Positions 1 to 13,700 of a DNA stretch of 64,000 nt are shown in pieces. The stretch comes from Ranitomeya imitator. Its lineage: Eukaryota. The notes below the pieces were generated by a model. That model did no database searches. It had not been told where the DNA came from and worked only from the letters and a program-made list of their open reading frames with translations. Position numbers and translations under genes: made by a program. Numbering within the stretch: the stretch's first letter is position 1; each line of letters opens with the position of its first letter. The stretch covers positions 768,056,001-768,120,000 of the forward strand of contig NC_091282.1 of NCBI RefSeq assembly GCF_032444005.1, in the 5' to 3' direction.

Positions 1-3000
1 GGTCTCTCTTTCCCATCTCTCTCCGCGCTGTGCGGCCTCTCTTTCCCATCTCTCTCCACGCTGTGCGGTCTCTCTTTCCCATCTCTCTCCGCGCTGTGCG
101 GTCTCTCTTTCCCATCTCTCTCCGCGCTGTGCGGTCTCCCTTTCCCATCTCTCTCCGCGCTGTGCGGTCTCTCTTTCCCATCTATCTCCGCGCTGTGCGG
201 TCTCTCTCTTTCCCATCTCTCTCCGCGCTGTGCGGTCTCTCTTTCCCATCTCTCTCCGCGCTGTGCGGTCTCTCTCTTTCCCATCTCTCTCCACGCTGTG
301 CGGTCTCTCTTTCCCATCTCTCTCCACGCTGTGCGGTCTCTCTTTCCCATCTCTCTCCGCGCTGTGCGGTCTCCCTTTCCCATCTCTCTCCACGCTGTGC
401 GGTCTCCCTTTCCCATCTCTCCCCGCGCTGTGCTGTATCTCTCTTTCCCATCTCTCTCCACGCTGTGCGGTCTCCCTTTCCCATCTCTCTCCACGCTGTG
501 CGGTCTCACTTTCCCATCTCTCTCTGTGCTGTATCTCTCTTTCCCATCTCTCCACGCGCTGTGCGGTCTCTCTTTCCCATCTCTCTCCGCGCTGTGCGGT
601 CTCTCTTTCCCATCTATCTCCGCGCTGTGCGGTCTCTCTCTTTCCCATCTCTCTCCGCGCTGTGTGGTCTCCCTTTCCCATCTCTCTCCGCGCTGTGCGG
701 TCTCTCTTTCTCATCTCTCTCCGCGCTGTGCGGTCTCTCTTTTTCCCATCTCTCTCCACGCTGTGCGGTCTCTCTTTCCCATCTCTCTCCGCGCTGTGCG
801 GTCTCTCTTTCCCATCTCTCTCCGCGCTGTGCGGTCTCCCTTTCCCATCTCTCTCCACGCTGTGCGGTCTCCCTTTCCCATCTCTCCCCGCGCTGTGCTG
901 TATCTCTCTTTCCCATCTCTCTCCACGCTGTGCGGTCTCCCTTTCCCATCTCTCTCCACGCTGTGCGGTCTCACTTTCCCATCTCTCTCTGTGCTGTATC
1001 TCTCTTTCCCATCTCTCCACGCGCTGTGCGGTCTCTCTTTCCCATCTCTCTCCGCGCTGTGCGGTCTCTCTTTCCCATCTCTCTCCGCGCTGTTCAGTCT
1101 CTCTTTCCCATCTATCTCCGCGCTGTGCGGTCTCTCTCTTTCCCATCTCTCTCCGCGCTGTGTGGTCTCCCTTTCCCATCTCTCTCCGCGCTGTGCGGTC
1201 TCTCTTTCCCATCTCTCTCCGCGCTGTGCGGTCTCTCTTTTTCCCATCTCTCTCCACGCTGTGCGGTCTCTCTTTCCCATCTCTCTCAGCGCTGTGCAGT
1301 CTCTCTCCGAGCTGTGCGGTCTCTCCCTTTCCTATGTCTCCATGGACTGTGTGGTCTCTTTCCCATCTCTCTCTGTCCGCACTGTGCAGTCTCTTTCCCA
1401 TGTCTCCATGCACTGTGTGGTCTCTTTCCCATCTCTCTCCGTCTGCACTGCACGGTCTCTTTTCCATCTCTCTCCGCGCTGTGCGGTCTCCCTTTCCCAT
1501 CTCTCTCTGTGCTGTATCTCTCTTTCCCATCTCTCCACGCTGTGCGGTCTCTCTTTCCCATCTCTCTCCGCGCTGTGCGGTCTCTCTTTCCCATCTCTCT
1601 CCGCGCTGTGCGGCCTCTCTTTCCCATCTCTCTCCGCGCTGTGCGGTCTCTCTTTCCCATCTATCTCCGCGCTGTGCGGTCTCTCTCTTTCCCATCTCTC
1701 TCCGCGCTGTGTAGTCTCCCTTTCCCATCTCTCTCCGCGCTGTGCGGTCTCTCTTTCCCATCTCTCTCCGCGCTGTGCGGTCTCTCTCTTTCCCATCTCT
1801 CTCCACGCTGTGCGGTCTCTCTTTCCCATCTCTCTCCACGCTGTGCGGTCTCTCTTTCCCATCTCTCTCCGCGCTGTGCGGTCTCCCTTTCCCATCTCTC
1901 CCCGCGCTGTGCTGTATCTCTCTTTCCCATCTCTCTCCACGCTGTGCGGTCTCCCTTTCCCATCTCTCTCCACGCTGTGCGGTCTCACTTTCCCATCTCT
2001 CTCTGTGCTGTATCTCTCTTTCCCATCTCTCCACGCGCTGTGCGGTCTCTCTTTCCCATCTCTCTCCGCGCTGTGCGGTCTCTCTTTCCCATCTCTCTCC
2101 GCGCTGTTCAGTCTCTCTTTCCCATCTATCTCCGCGCTGTGCGGTCTCTCTCTTTCCCATCTCTCTCCGCGCTGTGTGGTCTCCCTTTCCCATCTCTCTC
2201 CGCGCTGTGCGGTCTCTCTTTCCCATCTCTCTCCGCGCTGTGCGGTCTCTCTTTTTCCCATCTCTCTCCACGCTGTGCGGTCTCTCTTTCCCATCTCTCT
2301 CAGCGCTGTGCAGTCTCTCTCCGAGCTGTGCGGTCTCTCCCTTTCCTATGTCTCCATGGACTGTGTGGTCTCTTTCCCATCTCTCTCTGTCCGCACTGTG
2401 CAGTCTCTTTCCCATGTCTCCATGCACTGTGTGGTCTCTTTCCCATCTCTCTCCGTCTGCACTGCACGGTCTCTTTTCCATCTCTCTCCGCGCTGTGCGG
2501 TCTCCCTTTCCCATCTCTCTCTGTGCTTTATCTCTCTTTCCCATCTCTCCACGCTGTGCGGTCTCTCTTTCCCATCTCTCTCCGCGCTGTGCGGTCTCTC
2601 TTTCCCATCTCTCTCCACGCTGTGCGGTCTCCCTTTCCCATCTCTCTCCACGCTGTGCGGTCTCCCTTTCCCATCTCTCTCTGTGCTGTATCTCTCTTTC
2701 CCATCTCTCCACGCTGTGCGGTCTCTCTCTTTCCCATCTCTCTCCGCGCTGTGCGGTCTCTCTTTCCCATCTCTCTCCGCGCTGTGCGGTCTCTCTTTCC
2801 CATCTCTCTCCGCGCTGTGCGGTCTCTCTTTCCCATCTCTCTCCACGCTGTGCGGTCTCTCTTTCCCATCTCTCTCCGCGCTGTGCGGTCTCTCTTTCCC
2901 ATCTCTCTCCGCGCTGTGCGGTCTCTCTTTCCCATCTCTCTCCACGCTGTGCGGTCTCTCTCTTTCCCATCTCTCTCCGCGCTGTGCGGTCTCTCTTTCC

Positions 3001-4290
3001 CATCTCTCTCCGCGCTGTGCGGTCTCTCTTTCCCATCTCTCTCCGCGCTGTGCGGTCTCTCTCTTTCCCATCTCTCTCCGCGCTGTGTGGTCTCCCTTTC
3101 CCATCTCTCTCCGCGCTGTGCGGTCTCTGTTTCCCATCTCTCTCCGCGCTGTGCGGTCTCTCTCTTTCCCATCTCTCTCCGCGCTGTGCGGTCTCTCTCT
3201 TTCCCATCTCTCTCCACGCTGTGCGGTCTCTCTTTCCCATCTCTCTCCGCGCTGTGCGGTCTCTCTTTCCCATCTCTCTCCGCGCTGTGCGGTCTCCCTT
3301 TCCCATCTCTCACCACGCTGTGCGGTCTCCCTTTCCCATCTCTCCCCGCGCTGTGCTGTATCTCTCTTTCCCATCTCTCTCCACGCTGTGCGGTCTCCCT
3401 TTCCCATCTCTCTCCACGCTGTGCGGTCTCCCTTTCCCATCTCTCTCCGCGCTGTGCGGTCTCTCTTTCCCATCTCTCTCCGCGCTGTGCGGTCTCTCTT
3501 TCCCATCTCTCTCCGCGCTGTGCGGTCTCTCTTTCCCATCTCTCTCCACGCTGTGCGGTCTCTCTTTCCCATCTCTCTCCGCGCTGTGCGGTCTCTCTTT
3601 CCCATCTCTCTCCGCGCTGTGCGGTCTCTCTTTCCCATCTCTCTCCACGCTGTGCGGTCTCTCTCTTTCCCATCTCTCCCCGCGCTGTGCGGTCTCTCTT
3701 TCCCATCTCTCTCCGCGCTGTGCGGTCTCTCTTTCCCATCTCTCTCCGCGCTGTGCGGTCTCTCTCTTTCCCATCTCTCCCCGCGCTGTGCGGTCTCTCT
3801 TTCCCATCTCTCTCCGCGCTGTGCGGTCTCTCTTTCCCATCTCTCTCCACGCTGTGCGGTCTCTCTCTTTCCCATCTCTCCCCGCGCTGTGCGGTCTCTC
3901 TTTCCCATCTCTCTCCGCGCTGTGCGGTCTCTCTTTCCCATCTCTCCCCGCGCTGTGCGGTCTCTCTTTCCCATCTCTCTCCGCGCTGTGCGGTCTCTCT
4001 TTCCCATCTCTCTCCGCGCTGTGCGGTCTCTCTTTCCCATCTCTCTCCGCACTGTGCGGTCTTCTCTCTTTCCCATCTCTCTCCGCGCTGTGTGGTCTCC
4101 CTTTCCCATCTCTCTCCGCGCTGTGCGGTCTCTCTTTCCCATCTCTCTCCGCGCTGTGCAGTCTCCCTTTCCCATCTCTCTCCGCGCTGTGCGGTCTCTC
4201 TTTCCCATCTCTCTCCGCGCTGTGCAGTCTCCCTTTCCCATCTCTCCCCGCGCTGTGCGGTCTCTCTCTTTCCCATCTCTCCCCGCGCTG
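1..4290. repeat. 33-bp pyrimidine-rich, CpG-containing minisatellite (~130 units; runs off the left edge)
   Basis: Unit ggtctctctttcccatctctctccgcgctgtgc repeats with period 33 (31/35-bp variants). Higher-order duplications are visible from shared variant units (886 vs 1900 and 1287 vs 2301, offset 1014). Confidence 0.97.
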
Positions 4291-4368
4291 TCAATCGTCG
4301 TCACCTCATCTACCCCCCATCATGCGTCAGGCCTCGCTCTCTCTTCTGCTGCACGTTCACGCGACAGT

Positions 4369-4392
4369 CACGTGTGCTGTCTCCTTGGTTAC
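4369..4392 (+). promoter_or_regulatory. Candidate proximal promoter elements: E-box CACGTG (4369-4374) and RFX X-box-like GTCTCCTTGGTTAC (4379-4392)
   Basis: The motifs lie 55-80 bp upstream of the ATG at 4447, in the only unique sequence between two repeat arrays. The 14-mer resembles the X-box palindrome GTTNCCATGGNAAC typical of ciliary genes. Confidence 0.55.
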
Positions 4393-4446
4393 CACTTCCC
4401 CCGTTAGTACACAAAGTATTCAGTTCCTTGCTAATTCCGTTCCGTC

Positions 4447-4493
4447 ATGGCCGGGATTCGGAAAAGAGCGGCGAAGGGCAAGAAAAGCAAAAG
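4447..4493 (+). CDS. bbof1: BBOF1/CCDC176-like exon 1 (MAGIRKRAAKGKKSK, phase 2)
   Basis: ATG in context gtcATGg, Lys-rich N-terminus like BBOF1, donor AG|GTGAGC at 4494. The phase matches exon 2. Confidence 0.8.
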
Positions 4494-4550
4494 GTGAGCG
4501 TCACCCGGGGTCATGTACGTCCGACCGTGCACGGACGTCTATGAGGGACC

Positions 4551-6010
4551 TCATCCCCCAGGAGACCCCACTCTGCAGGAGATCCCACCCCCAAATAAAC
4601 CCCCACTCTGGAGGAGATTGCACCCCACAGGAACCTCCCACTCTAGAGGATAGCCCACCCCAAAGGAAACCCCTAATCCAGAGGAGATCTCACCCCTCCA
4701 TCTGCTCCAGCAGAAATCCCACCCCGCATATAACTTGTACTTCAGAGGAGATCCCACCCCGCAGGAGACCCCCTCCATCTGCTCCAGAGGAGATCCCACC
4801 CCACAGGAGACCCCCTCCATCTGCTCCAGAGGAGATCCCACCCCACAGGAGACCCCCACTCCTGAGAAGCTCCCACCCGCAGGAAACCCCCTCTCCAGAG
4901 GATATGCCAACCCACAGGAAACCCCCACTCCAGAGAAGATCCCACCCCGATATCTGCTCCAGAGTAGATTCCACCCTGCAGGAGACCCCCACTATCTGAG
5001 TGGAAATACCACCCTGCAGGAAACCCCCACTGCAAAGGAGATGCCATCATCTGCTCCAGAGAAGATCCCACCTACAGTAAAACTCCACTACAGAGAATAT
5101 CCCAACCCACTTCAGAGGAGATCCCACTTCAGAGGAGATCCAACCCTGAAGGAGACCCCCACTCCAGAGAACATCCCACGCCGCAGGAAACTCCCACTCC
5201 TCAGGAGAAGCCACCCCACAGGAGACCCCACCATCTGCTGTAGAGGAGTTCCCACCCCTCATGAGACCCCACCATCTGCTCCACAAGAGATCCCACCCCG
5301 CAGGAGACCCCCACTCCAAAGGAGATCTCAACCCACAGAAGACCCACCTCCCCCACTCCAGAGGAGATCCCACCCCTAGGAAACCCATTTTAGAGGAGAT
5401 CCCAACCATCAGGAAATGCCCACTCCTGAGATCACCCCCCACTCCAGAGGAGATCCCACCCCTCAGCAAACCCCCACCACCAGCTCCAGAGAAGGTCCCA
5501 CCCCACAGGTCCCCCCCCACTTCAGAGGAGATCCCATACCGCTGGAGATCCCCACGTCACAGGAGACGCCACTTCAGAGGAGATCCCATCCCCACATCTG
5601 CGCCAGGGGAGATCCCACCCTGGAGGAGACCCTAACCATCTGCTCAATTGGAGATCTTGCCCTACAGGAAACCCTTATTCCAGAGTAAATCCCACCCAAC
5701 TATCTACTCCAGAGAATATCTAACCCCACAGGAGACCCCCACCAACTGCTTCAGAGGAGATCCAACTTCACAGGAAACCCCCACTCCAGAGGAGATCCCA
5801 CCCCGCAAGAGACCCCTAATCCAGAAGAGATCCCATACTGTTGGAAACCCCCACTCCAGAGGAGATCTCACCCCACCATCTGCTCCAGATGAGATCCCAC
5901 CCCGTAGGAGACTCCCACCATCTGCTCCAGAGGAGATCCTGCCACGCAGGAGGCCCCCAACCCAGAGGACATCCCACCCCATCTTCTCCAGAGGAGATCC
6001 CACGCAGTAC
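4551..6010. repeat. Degenerate satellite (ggagatcccaccccgcaggagacccccactccaga-type units), segment 1
   Basis: Many imperfect ~30-37-bp units. The same family recurs at ~18110-18603 and ~23053-23560. Confidence 0.85.
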
Positions 6011-6619
6011 GTGTGAAGATCTGAGGTTGTGGGTTGTAATAATCACCTAGGCAGGTAAACGATGCAACTAATTTTTATTCTTTACGTCCATAGTTTTACA
6101 ATAACTCTGGGTATATGGCCAAAATACAATGTTGCAAATACGAGGATTTCATCAGCTCACCCAACCAGACATATTAGAATCCAATTCTCAATAGACATGT
6201 GCAGAGCACAGATCAGCACGTTCCTGCCGGCCGACTCCCAGGTAAAAATGCTAATTACTCACTGCTGACACCCCGCACTAGGTACCAGGAGTGGTCCCAT
6301 TCCGCTCCCGGCACTTTAATCGAACCTGATCGCAGCATTTCGGAAGTCGGCGCAGGGCCTGACAGCCCCTCTGCCTTTGCATCGGAGACCCTTCTGTGTG
6401 GCGTGGGGTCCCGATCGCTGCCATGGTAAACCGATGTCGTCAGGACGACATCCGGCTTACCAGAGCTAAGAAACTTCCTGGTCATGCCCAGTGCATGATC
6501 AGGAAGTCTCAGTATCAGTGCAGTGAATGCAGCGCTGACAGTTTCTATAGCATGCAGATGCTGCTTCACCTGCATGCTATAGAAGCAATCAGCCTGCAAA
6601 AAATGATTGCCCCATAGTG

Positions 6620-6990
6620 GGACAGTGTGTAAAAGTCAGAATAAAGTAAAAAATAAATTTTATAATAAAAAATTATAATAAAAAAATCATTATTTGTTTT
6701 ATCACTAAATAAATATTTGAATGAAAAAAAATCTAAACAATAAAAGTACATATATTTGGTATCCCCGCGTCTGTAATGACCCGACCTATAAAACTGTCCC
6801 ACTAGTTACCCCCTTTAGTGAACACCATGAAAAAAAAAACAAGGCAAAAAACAATGCTTTATCATACCACCGAACAAAAAGTGGAATAACACGATCAAAA
6901 AGACGGATATAAATAAACATGGTACCTCTGAAAACGTCATATTGTCCCGCAAAAAACAAGCCTCCATTCCGTGCTGAACACGGCTCTCAT
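6620..6990. mobile_element. Fragment of an abundant AT-rich non-autonomous DNA element (piggyBac-type family)
   Basis: 6830-6960 matches the reverse complement of ~51570-51700. No termini are visible here. Confidence 0.5.
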
Positions 6991-7312
6991 CATTCTCCCA
7001 TGCTCTGCCGGTAATCGGCACGAGCAGGGAAGATTGATGAGAGTTACATTTAAGTAATAAAAGAGACCGCAGGCGGCGACTATTATTCCCATCAGCCTAC
7101 CCCTGCTGCTGCTAATAACAGTGACATCAGGAGCGGCAGATGGGAGTATGCCTGCGCTGTAAATAAATACGGTAATTTTTTTTAAAAAAATGGCGTGGGT
7201 TCCCCCTTATTTTTGATAACCAGCCAGACAAAACTCACAGCTGGGGCCTGCAACCCTCAGCTGTCAGCTTCAGCAAGGCTGGAATATTGGTTAAGAATAG
7301 AGGGGTCCCCAC

Positions 7313-7616
7313 TAGTGATGAGCGAGTGTACTCGTTCTGGTTTTCCTGAGCACGCTTAGGTGATCTCCGAGTATTTGTTAGTGTTTGGAGATTTAGTTTT
7401 CATCACCTCAGCTGAATGATTTACAGCTATTAGCCAGCCTGAGTACATGTGGGGGTTGCCTGGTTGCTAGGGAATTCCCACACGTAATCAATCTGGCTAA
7501 TAGCTGTAAATCATTCAGCTGCTGCAAGGAAAACTAAATCTTCGAACTCTAACAAATACTCGTAGATCTCCCGAGCGTGCTTGGAAAAACCCGAGCAACG
7601 AGTATACTCATCACTA
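7313..7616. mobile_element. hAT (Ac-like) MITE, 304 bp
   Basis: TIR TAGTGATGAG...CTCATCACTA and near-perfect 8-bp TSD gtccccac / gtcccc(c)ac. Same family as 33958-34224. Confidence 0.85.
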
Positions 7617-10152
7617 GTCCCCCACACCATATTTTTTAATTATTTAAATAAATAATTGAAAAAAAAAAAAAAAACAACGGTGTGTGGTCCCCCCATTATT
7701 GACAACCTGCCTTGCTAAAGCTCACATCTGGGGGCTGGTATTCTCAGGCTGGTAAGCGGCCATGGATATTGACCCCCCCCCAGCCTAAAAATTGCAGCCC
7801 ACAACTGCCCATAAAAGGAACATCTATTAGATGTGGCAATTCTGGCGCTTTGCTTGGCTCTTCCCGCTTGCCTTGTAGCAGTGTCAAGTGGGGTAATAGT
7901 TGTGGGGTTGATGTCATCGGTGACATCAAGCCCACAGCTTAGTAATGAAGAAGCGTCTATAAGACTCCTTTTATTATTCTTAATTAAAACATACTTACTG
8001 CAACGCCTAATCCAAGAGAAGCACTCGATTTCCTGTAATAATAGTAAAATAAAAAAAACAACAATATACCATACCTGTTCGTCGTTCTGTCCCACGCCGT
8101 AATCCATATCTGATGGATATACAGTTTTCAACCTGGACGGTACTAAGATGCGACCGTCTCTGCTAAAAACCATTGGCGAATGAGCCTGCTTGGGAGCGGA
8201 GCTTCAGTGACCGGGGGTTACGTCATAGAGGTTACCTCCGGTCACTGAGCTCTGTTCACAGCTGGGCTGAACTGCGATCAGATCCCCTCTAGCACAGTGA
8301 GCGCTCACGGCTCACAGTGCTAGCGGGGATCTCACAGAAGCATCTGATTGCCGGCAGAGCACGGAAGAATGAGGAGAGCTGTATTCAGCACCCGCTGCCG
8401 GGGAACAACGCTTACTGTAACGCTTCTTCACTGGCGCCGATGCGTGTCACATGGGTGACATCGACGTGTGTTATGTGTATGCACGTGTGCGGGACATTTT
8501 ATGGCCCATGCTTACATTAAAAAATGGACATGTCAGCATGTTTTGCCCACGTGCACACGTTCCATGGAAACACACTGACATGTGCACAGACTTATTCACT
8601 TGAATAGGCAAATAGCGTTCCGTTCATCCCGAGTCTCTCCGCATGACTAAGTAGCACTGTACAGCCACATATGAGGTATTGCCACGTTCGGTAGAAATTG
8701 TGGAACAAATTTTGTTGCCATTTTTCTCACTTCTTGTGTGAAAATCTTTGGCTAAAACAAAATGTTGGTGGTAAAAATGTAGTTATTTTGTCCTCACTGC
8801 CCAATTCTGTGACACACCCATGGTGTCAATATGATCACTGCTCACCTAGATGAATTCATTGAGAGGTGTAGTTCGTAAAATGGGGTCACTTTTGGCACCT
8901 CATGGGCTCTCCCAGTGGGTCATTGTACCTGCAAACCATAACAGCAAAATCTAGCGCTCCTTCCCTTCTGAGCTCTGCCAAGCACCCAAACAGTGGTTTA
9001 CCCCCACATATGGGGTATCAGCGTACTCAGGACAAATTGCACAATAACTTTTGGGGTCCAATTTCTTCTGTTTCTCTTGGGAAAATAAAAAATTGGAGGC
9101 AAGAAAATATGATTTTTTATTTTTACGTCTCTACATTATAAACTTCTGTGAAACACTTGAGGATTCAAAGTGCTCACCACACATCTAGATAAGTTTCATG
9201 GGGGGTGTCTAATTTCCAAAATGGTGTCACTTGTGGGGGGTTTCCACTGATTAGGCACATCAGCGGCTCTCCAAACGCAACATGGCGTCCGATCTTAATT
9301 CCAGCCAATTTTGCATTGAAAAAGTACCACTGCACTCCTTCTCTTCCAAGCTCTGCGGTGCGCTCAAACAGTGGTTTACCCCAACATATGGGGTACCAGC
9401 ATTACTCAGGACAAATTGCACAACAACGTATGGGGTACAATATCCCCTGTTACCCTTGGTAAAATAAAAAAATTGGTATGAATTACATTTTTTGTGAAAA
9501 AAAGTTAAATGTTCATTTTTTTTTTAAACATTCCAAAAATTCCTGTGAAGCACCTGAAGGGTTAATAAACTTCTTGAATGTGGTTTTGAGCACCTTGAGG
9601 GGTGCTGTTTTAAGATTGGTGTCACTTTTGGGTATTTTCTATCATATAGACCCCTCAAAGTGACTTCAAATGTGAGGTGGTCCCTAAAAAGATGGTGTCA
9701 AGACTTTGGAGACTTATGGTATAAAGGGGCCCTTCTTAAATGCTATCAAAAGCCTATACTCTAAACCCTCAGCAACAAGTAGGTTACCCCATAACTCCCC
9801 TACACTGTTCAAAATAAACAATGGTACCAGGCAGGGATGCCCTTTATCCCCGTTGATCTTTGTCCTAAGTATAGAGCCTTTAGCCACGAGTATTAGAATG
9901 AATCCAGACATTTCAGGAATCCAGGTCAATAGTAAGGAATTTCCCTTTTCGCCTACGACATTTTATTAACCCTCACTAGCCCACATATATCGCTCCCTGG
10001 AACCATGTCTCAGTTTGGTGCTCTGTAAGGATACAAAACAAATACGAATAAAACAGAAGACCTATCAACATCCCAGACTCACAATTGAGTCTACTTAAAA
10101 CTAATTATAAATACCATTGGAAAGACTCCCATGTTAAGTACCTGGGGATTAA

Positions 10153-10701
10153 AGGGAACCTGTCACCCCCAAAATCGACGGTGAGCTAAGCACACCGGCA
10201 TCAGGGGCTTATCTAGGGCATTCTGGAATGCTGTAGATAAGCCCCCTATGTATCCTGAAAGATGAGAAAAAGAGGTTATATTATAGTCACCTGGCGGGCG
10301 GTCCGTTCCGATGGGCGTCACGGTCCGGGCCAGGGCCTCCCATCTTCATAGGATGATGTCCTCTTCTGGTCTTCACACTGCGAAAGGTCAGAGAGAACCG
10401 GCGCCTTCGCACTGCAGTACTTTGCTCTGCCCTCAACAGGACAGACTAAGTACGCCTGCGCCGGAGCCACAGCGTGAAGACAAGAAGAGGACGTCATGTG
10501 ATGAAGATAGGAGGCGCCGGACCGGAACGCGAAACTCATCGGACCGGACCGGGAACGCCCTGGGTAAGTATAATATAACCTCTTTTTCTCACCTTTTAGG
10601 ATACATCGGGGGCTTATCTACAGCATTCCAGAATGCTGTAGATAAGCCCCTGATGTTGGTGGGCTTAGCTCACCCTCGATTTTGGGGGTGACAGGTTCCC
10701 T
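10153..10701. mobile_element. Kolobok/T2-type MITE (549 bp) inserted in the L1 YLGI motif
   Basis: TTAA TSD (10149-10152, 10702-10705). TIRs begin AGGGAACCTGTCACCCCCAAAATCG, with ~150-bp imperfect inverted arms. Confidence 0.9.
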
Positions 10702-13700
10702 TTAACCTTACGTCTTCCTTTTCAACCTTATATGACAATTTCCCAGCGTTATATCGTGAAATCAGGTCTCTGCTAAAAAAGTGGATGTCTCTATCCCTCC
10801 TAGGTCACATTGCTGCGATTAAAATGTCTATCCTCCCGAAACTGCTTTATCTATTTGAAACCCTCCCCATTCCAGTTCCTCTCAGAGAACTATGATCTAT
10901 ACAGGCAAGCATTATGAGCTTTGTTTGGGCGGGAAAGCATCACAGGATCCCAAAGTTAATTATGTTGAACAGTAGGAATACTGGGGGACAACTTATTCGC
11001 TACTACTGGGCAACTCACTTGCGTAGAATCCCAGCCTGGACCTCCAAGCCTGCCTATACAAAATGGATGGAAATTATTATTATTATTTATTATTATAGCG
11101 CCATTTATTCCTTTACATGTGAGGAGGGGTATATATAATAAAAACAGGTACAATAATCTTGAACAATATAAGTCACAACTGGTACAGGAGGAGAGAGGAC
11201 CCTGCCCGCGAGGGCTCACAATCTAGAAGGGATGGGTGAGGATACAGTAGGTGAGGCTAGAGCTGGTCGTGCAGTGGTTTGCTCGATTGGTGGTTACTGC
11301 AGGTTGTAGGCTTGCCGGAAAAGGTAGGTCTTCAGGTTCTTTTTGAAGGTTTCGATGGTAGGTGAGAGTCTGATATGTTGCGGGGGGACAGGTGGAATAG
11401 TCGGGCAGCACAGTTTAGAATAGATTGGAGTGGTGCGAGAGTGTTAGAGGGGAGGTCACAGAGCAGGAGGTTACAGTAGTCGAGGCGGGAGATGATGAGG
11501 GCATGGACTAGGGTTTTTGCAGATTCTTGGTTTAGGAATGTACGGATCCGTGAAATATTTTTGAGTTGAAGGCGGCATGAAGTGGAAAGGGCTTGGATAT
11601 GCGGTTTAAAGGAGAGATCAGTGTCAAGGATTACCCCGAGACAGCGAGCTTGTGGGACTGGGGAGAGTGGGCAGCCGTTTACTGTAATGAATAGGTTCGT
11701 TGGGGGGGTCGCGTGAGATGGGGGAAAGACAATAAATTCTGTTTTGTCCATGTTAAGGTTTAGAAATCTAGCGGAGAAGAATGATGAAATAGCAGATAGA
11801 CATTGAGGAATTCTGGTTAGTAGGGTGGTGATATCTGGTCCAGAGATGTAGATCTGTGTGTCATCAGCATAGAGATGATACTGAAAACCGTGAGATTCTA
11901 TGAGCTTTCCCAGGCCAAAAGTGTAAATGGAGAAGAGCAGGTGCCCTAGAACTGAACCTTGTGGGACTCCCGACAGATAGGGAGCGAGGTGAGGAGGTGG
12001 TGTGTAAATGGGAGACGCTGAATGTTCAGTCAGTTAGGTATGACGAAATCCAGGATAGGGCTAAGTCTGTGATGCCAAGGGATGAGAGGGTCTGTAGTAA
12101 TAGGGAATGGTCCACTGTGTCAAAGGCAGAGGACAGGTCCAGGAGGAGGAGGATAGAGTAGTGTTGCTTGCTCTTGGCGGTTAATAGGTCATTAGTGACC
12201 TTAGCTAGGGCAGTTTCAGTGGAGTGGTGTGACCAGAAGCCTGATTGTAAGCGGTCGAAAAAGGAGCAGGAAGATAGATGGGAGGACAGTTCCAGATGGA
12301 CGTGTTGTTCCAGTAGTTTTGAGGCAAGTGATATAGGGCGATAGCTAGATCCAGAGGATGGGTCAAGAGAGGGCTTTTTGAGGATAGGTGTGATTGAGGC
12401 ATGTTTAAAGCTTGAGGGGAAAACACCAGTTGTTAGTGATAGGTTCAAGAGATGGGTTAGAGTTGGGATGAAGACTGTGGCGAGGTTTGGGATGAAGTGG
12501 GAAGGGATCGGGTCAAGTGCAGAGGTGGTGAGATGTGATCTTGAGAGTAGAGTGGAAATTCGATTTTCTGTAATACTGGAGAAGTTGGTTTTGGAGGTGG
12601 AGGGCTGGGTAGTTGGGAGGAAGGGCTTTGCGGGTTGTCGACTAAAACTGTCTCAGATGCTCTCAATCTTCTGCTTGAAAAATGAGGCAAAGTCTTCAGC
12701 TGAGATGAGTGGGGAGGGAGGAGGTGCTGGGGGACAGAGGAGAGAGTTGAAGGTGTTGAATAAATGTTTAGGGTTGTGAGACAGGGAGGATATGAGAGAT
12801 GAGAAGTAGGTTTGTTTAGCTGTGGCGAGTGTGGTCTTGAAAATAGTGAGGGACTGTTTGAATGCGATAAAGTGCTCGTTGGAGTGGGATCTTTTCCATC
12901 TCCGCTCTGCAGCCCTGGAAGCTCGCCTCAGTTCTTTGGTAAGGCTGGTGTGCCAGGGCTGTCTGTTGATTGCGAGCTTTGGTATGTGTGAGAGGGGCAA
13001 GAGATTCCAAAGCTGCAGCTATTGTGGTGTTATATAGAGTGGCAGGGTCATCCGCATTGTGTAGGGAACTTATGCCTGTGAGAGGGAGGAGGGATTCAGA
13101 GAGTGAATGTAGATCAAGGTGTTTAAGATTTCTGCGAGTGTGTGCAAGTTTTTGGGTGGGGATTGTAGACAAGGAGTGGAGAGGGAAGAGAATGTGAGTA
13201 GGTTGTGGTCAGAAAGAGGACGAGGTGAGTTAGAGAGGTTAGATAGGGAGCAGAGGCGGGTGAAGATAAGGTCTAATGTGTGACCATCTTTGTGAGTGGC
13301 TGCAGAAGGCCATTGAGTTAGGCCGAAGGAGGAAGTGAGAGATAGAAGTTTAGTGGCAGCTGAGAGGGAAGTGTCAATGGGTATGTTGAAGTCGCCCATG
13401 ATGATAGTGGGGATGTCCGCAGAAAGGAAATGAAGTAGCCAGGTGGTGAAGTGGTCAAAGAAGGTGGTGGCTGGCCCTGGGGGGCGGTAAATGACAGCCA
13501 GTTGGAGGTTGGTGGGGGCATAGATGCGCACAGAGTGCACCTCAGAGGAAAGGAGGGTAACAGAGGGTGGCAGTGGGATTGGGGTGAAGGAGCAGTTATC
13601 TGACAGGAGAAAACCAACTCCTCTGCCATGCTTGCTGCTGGGGTGGGGTGTGTGAGAAAGGTGGAAGCCACCATAGGAAAGTGCAGCAGGAGAGGCTGTG

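Noticed and set aside
30-4999. Very long ORFs (1504, 1369, 1085 aa and antisense Arg/Glu-rich ORFs)
   Set aside because: They are translations of the 33-bp minisatellite, which lacks stop codons in all frames. The peptides are pure repeats and switch frame with unit-length variants.
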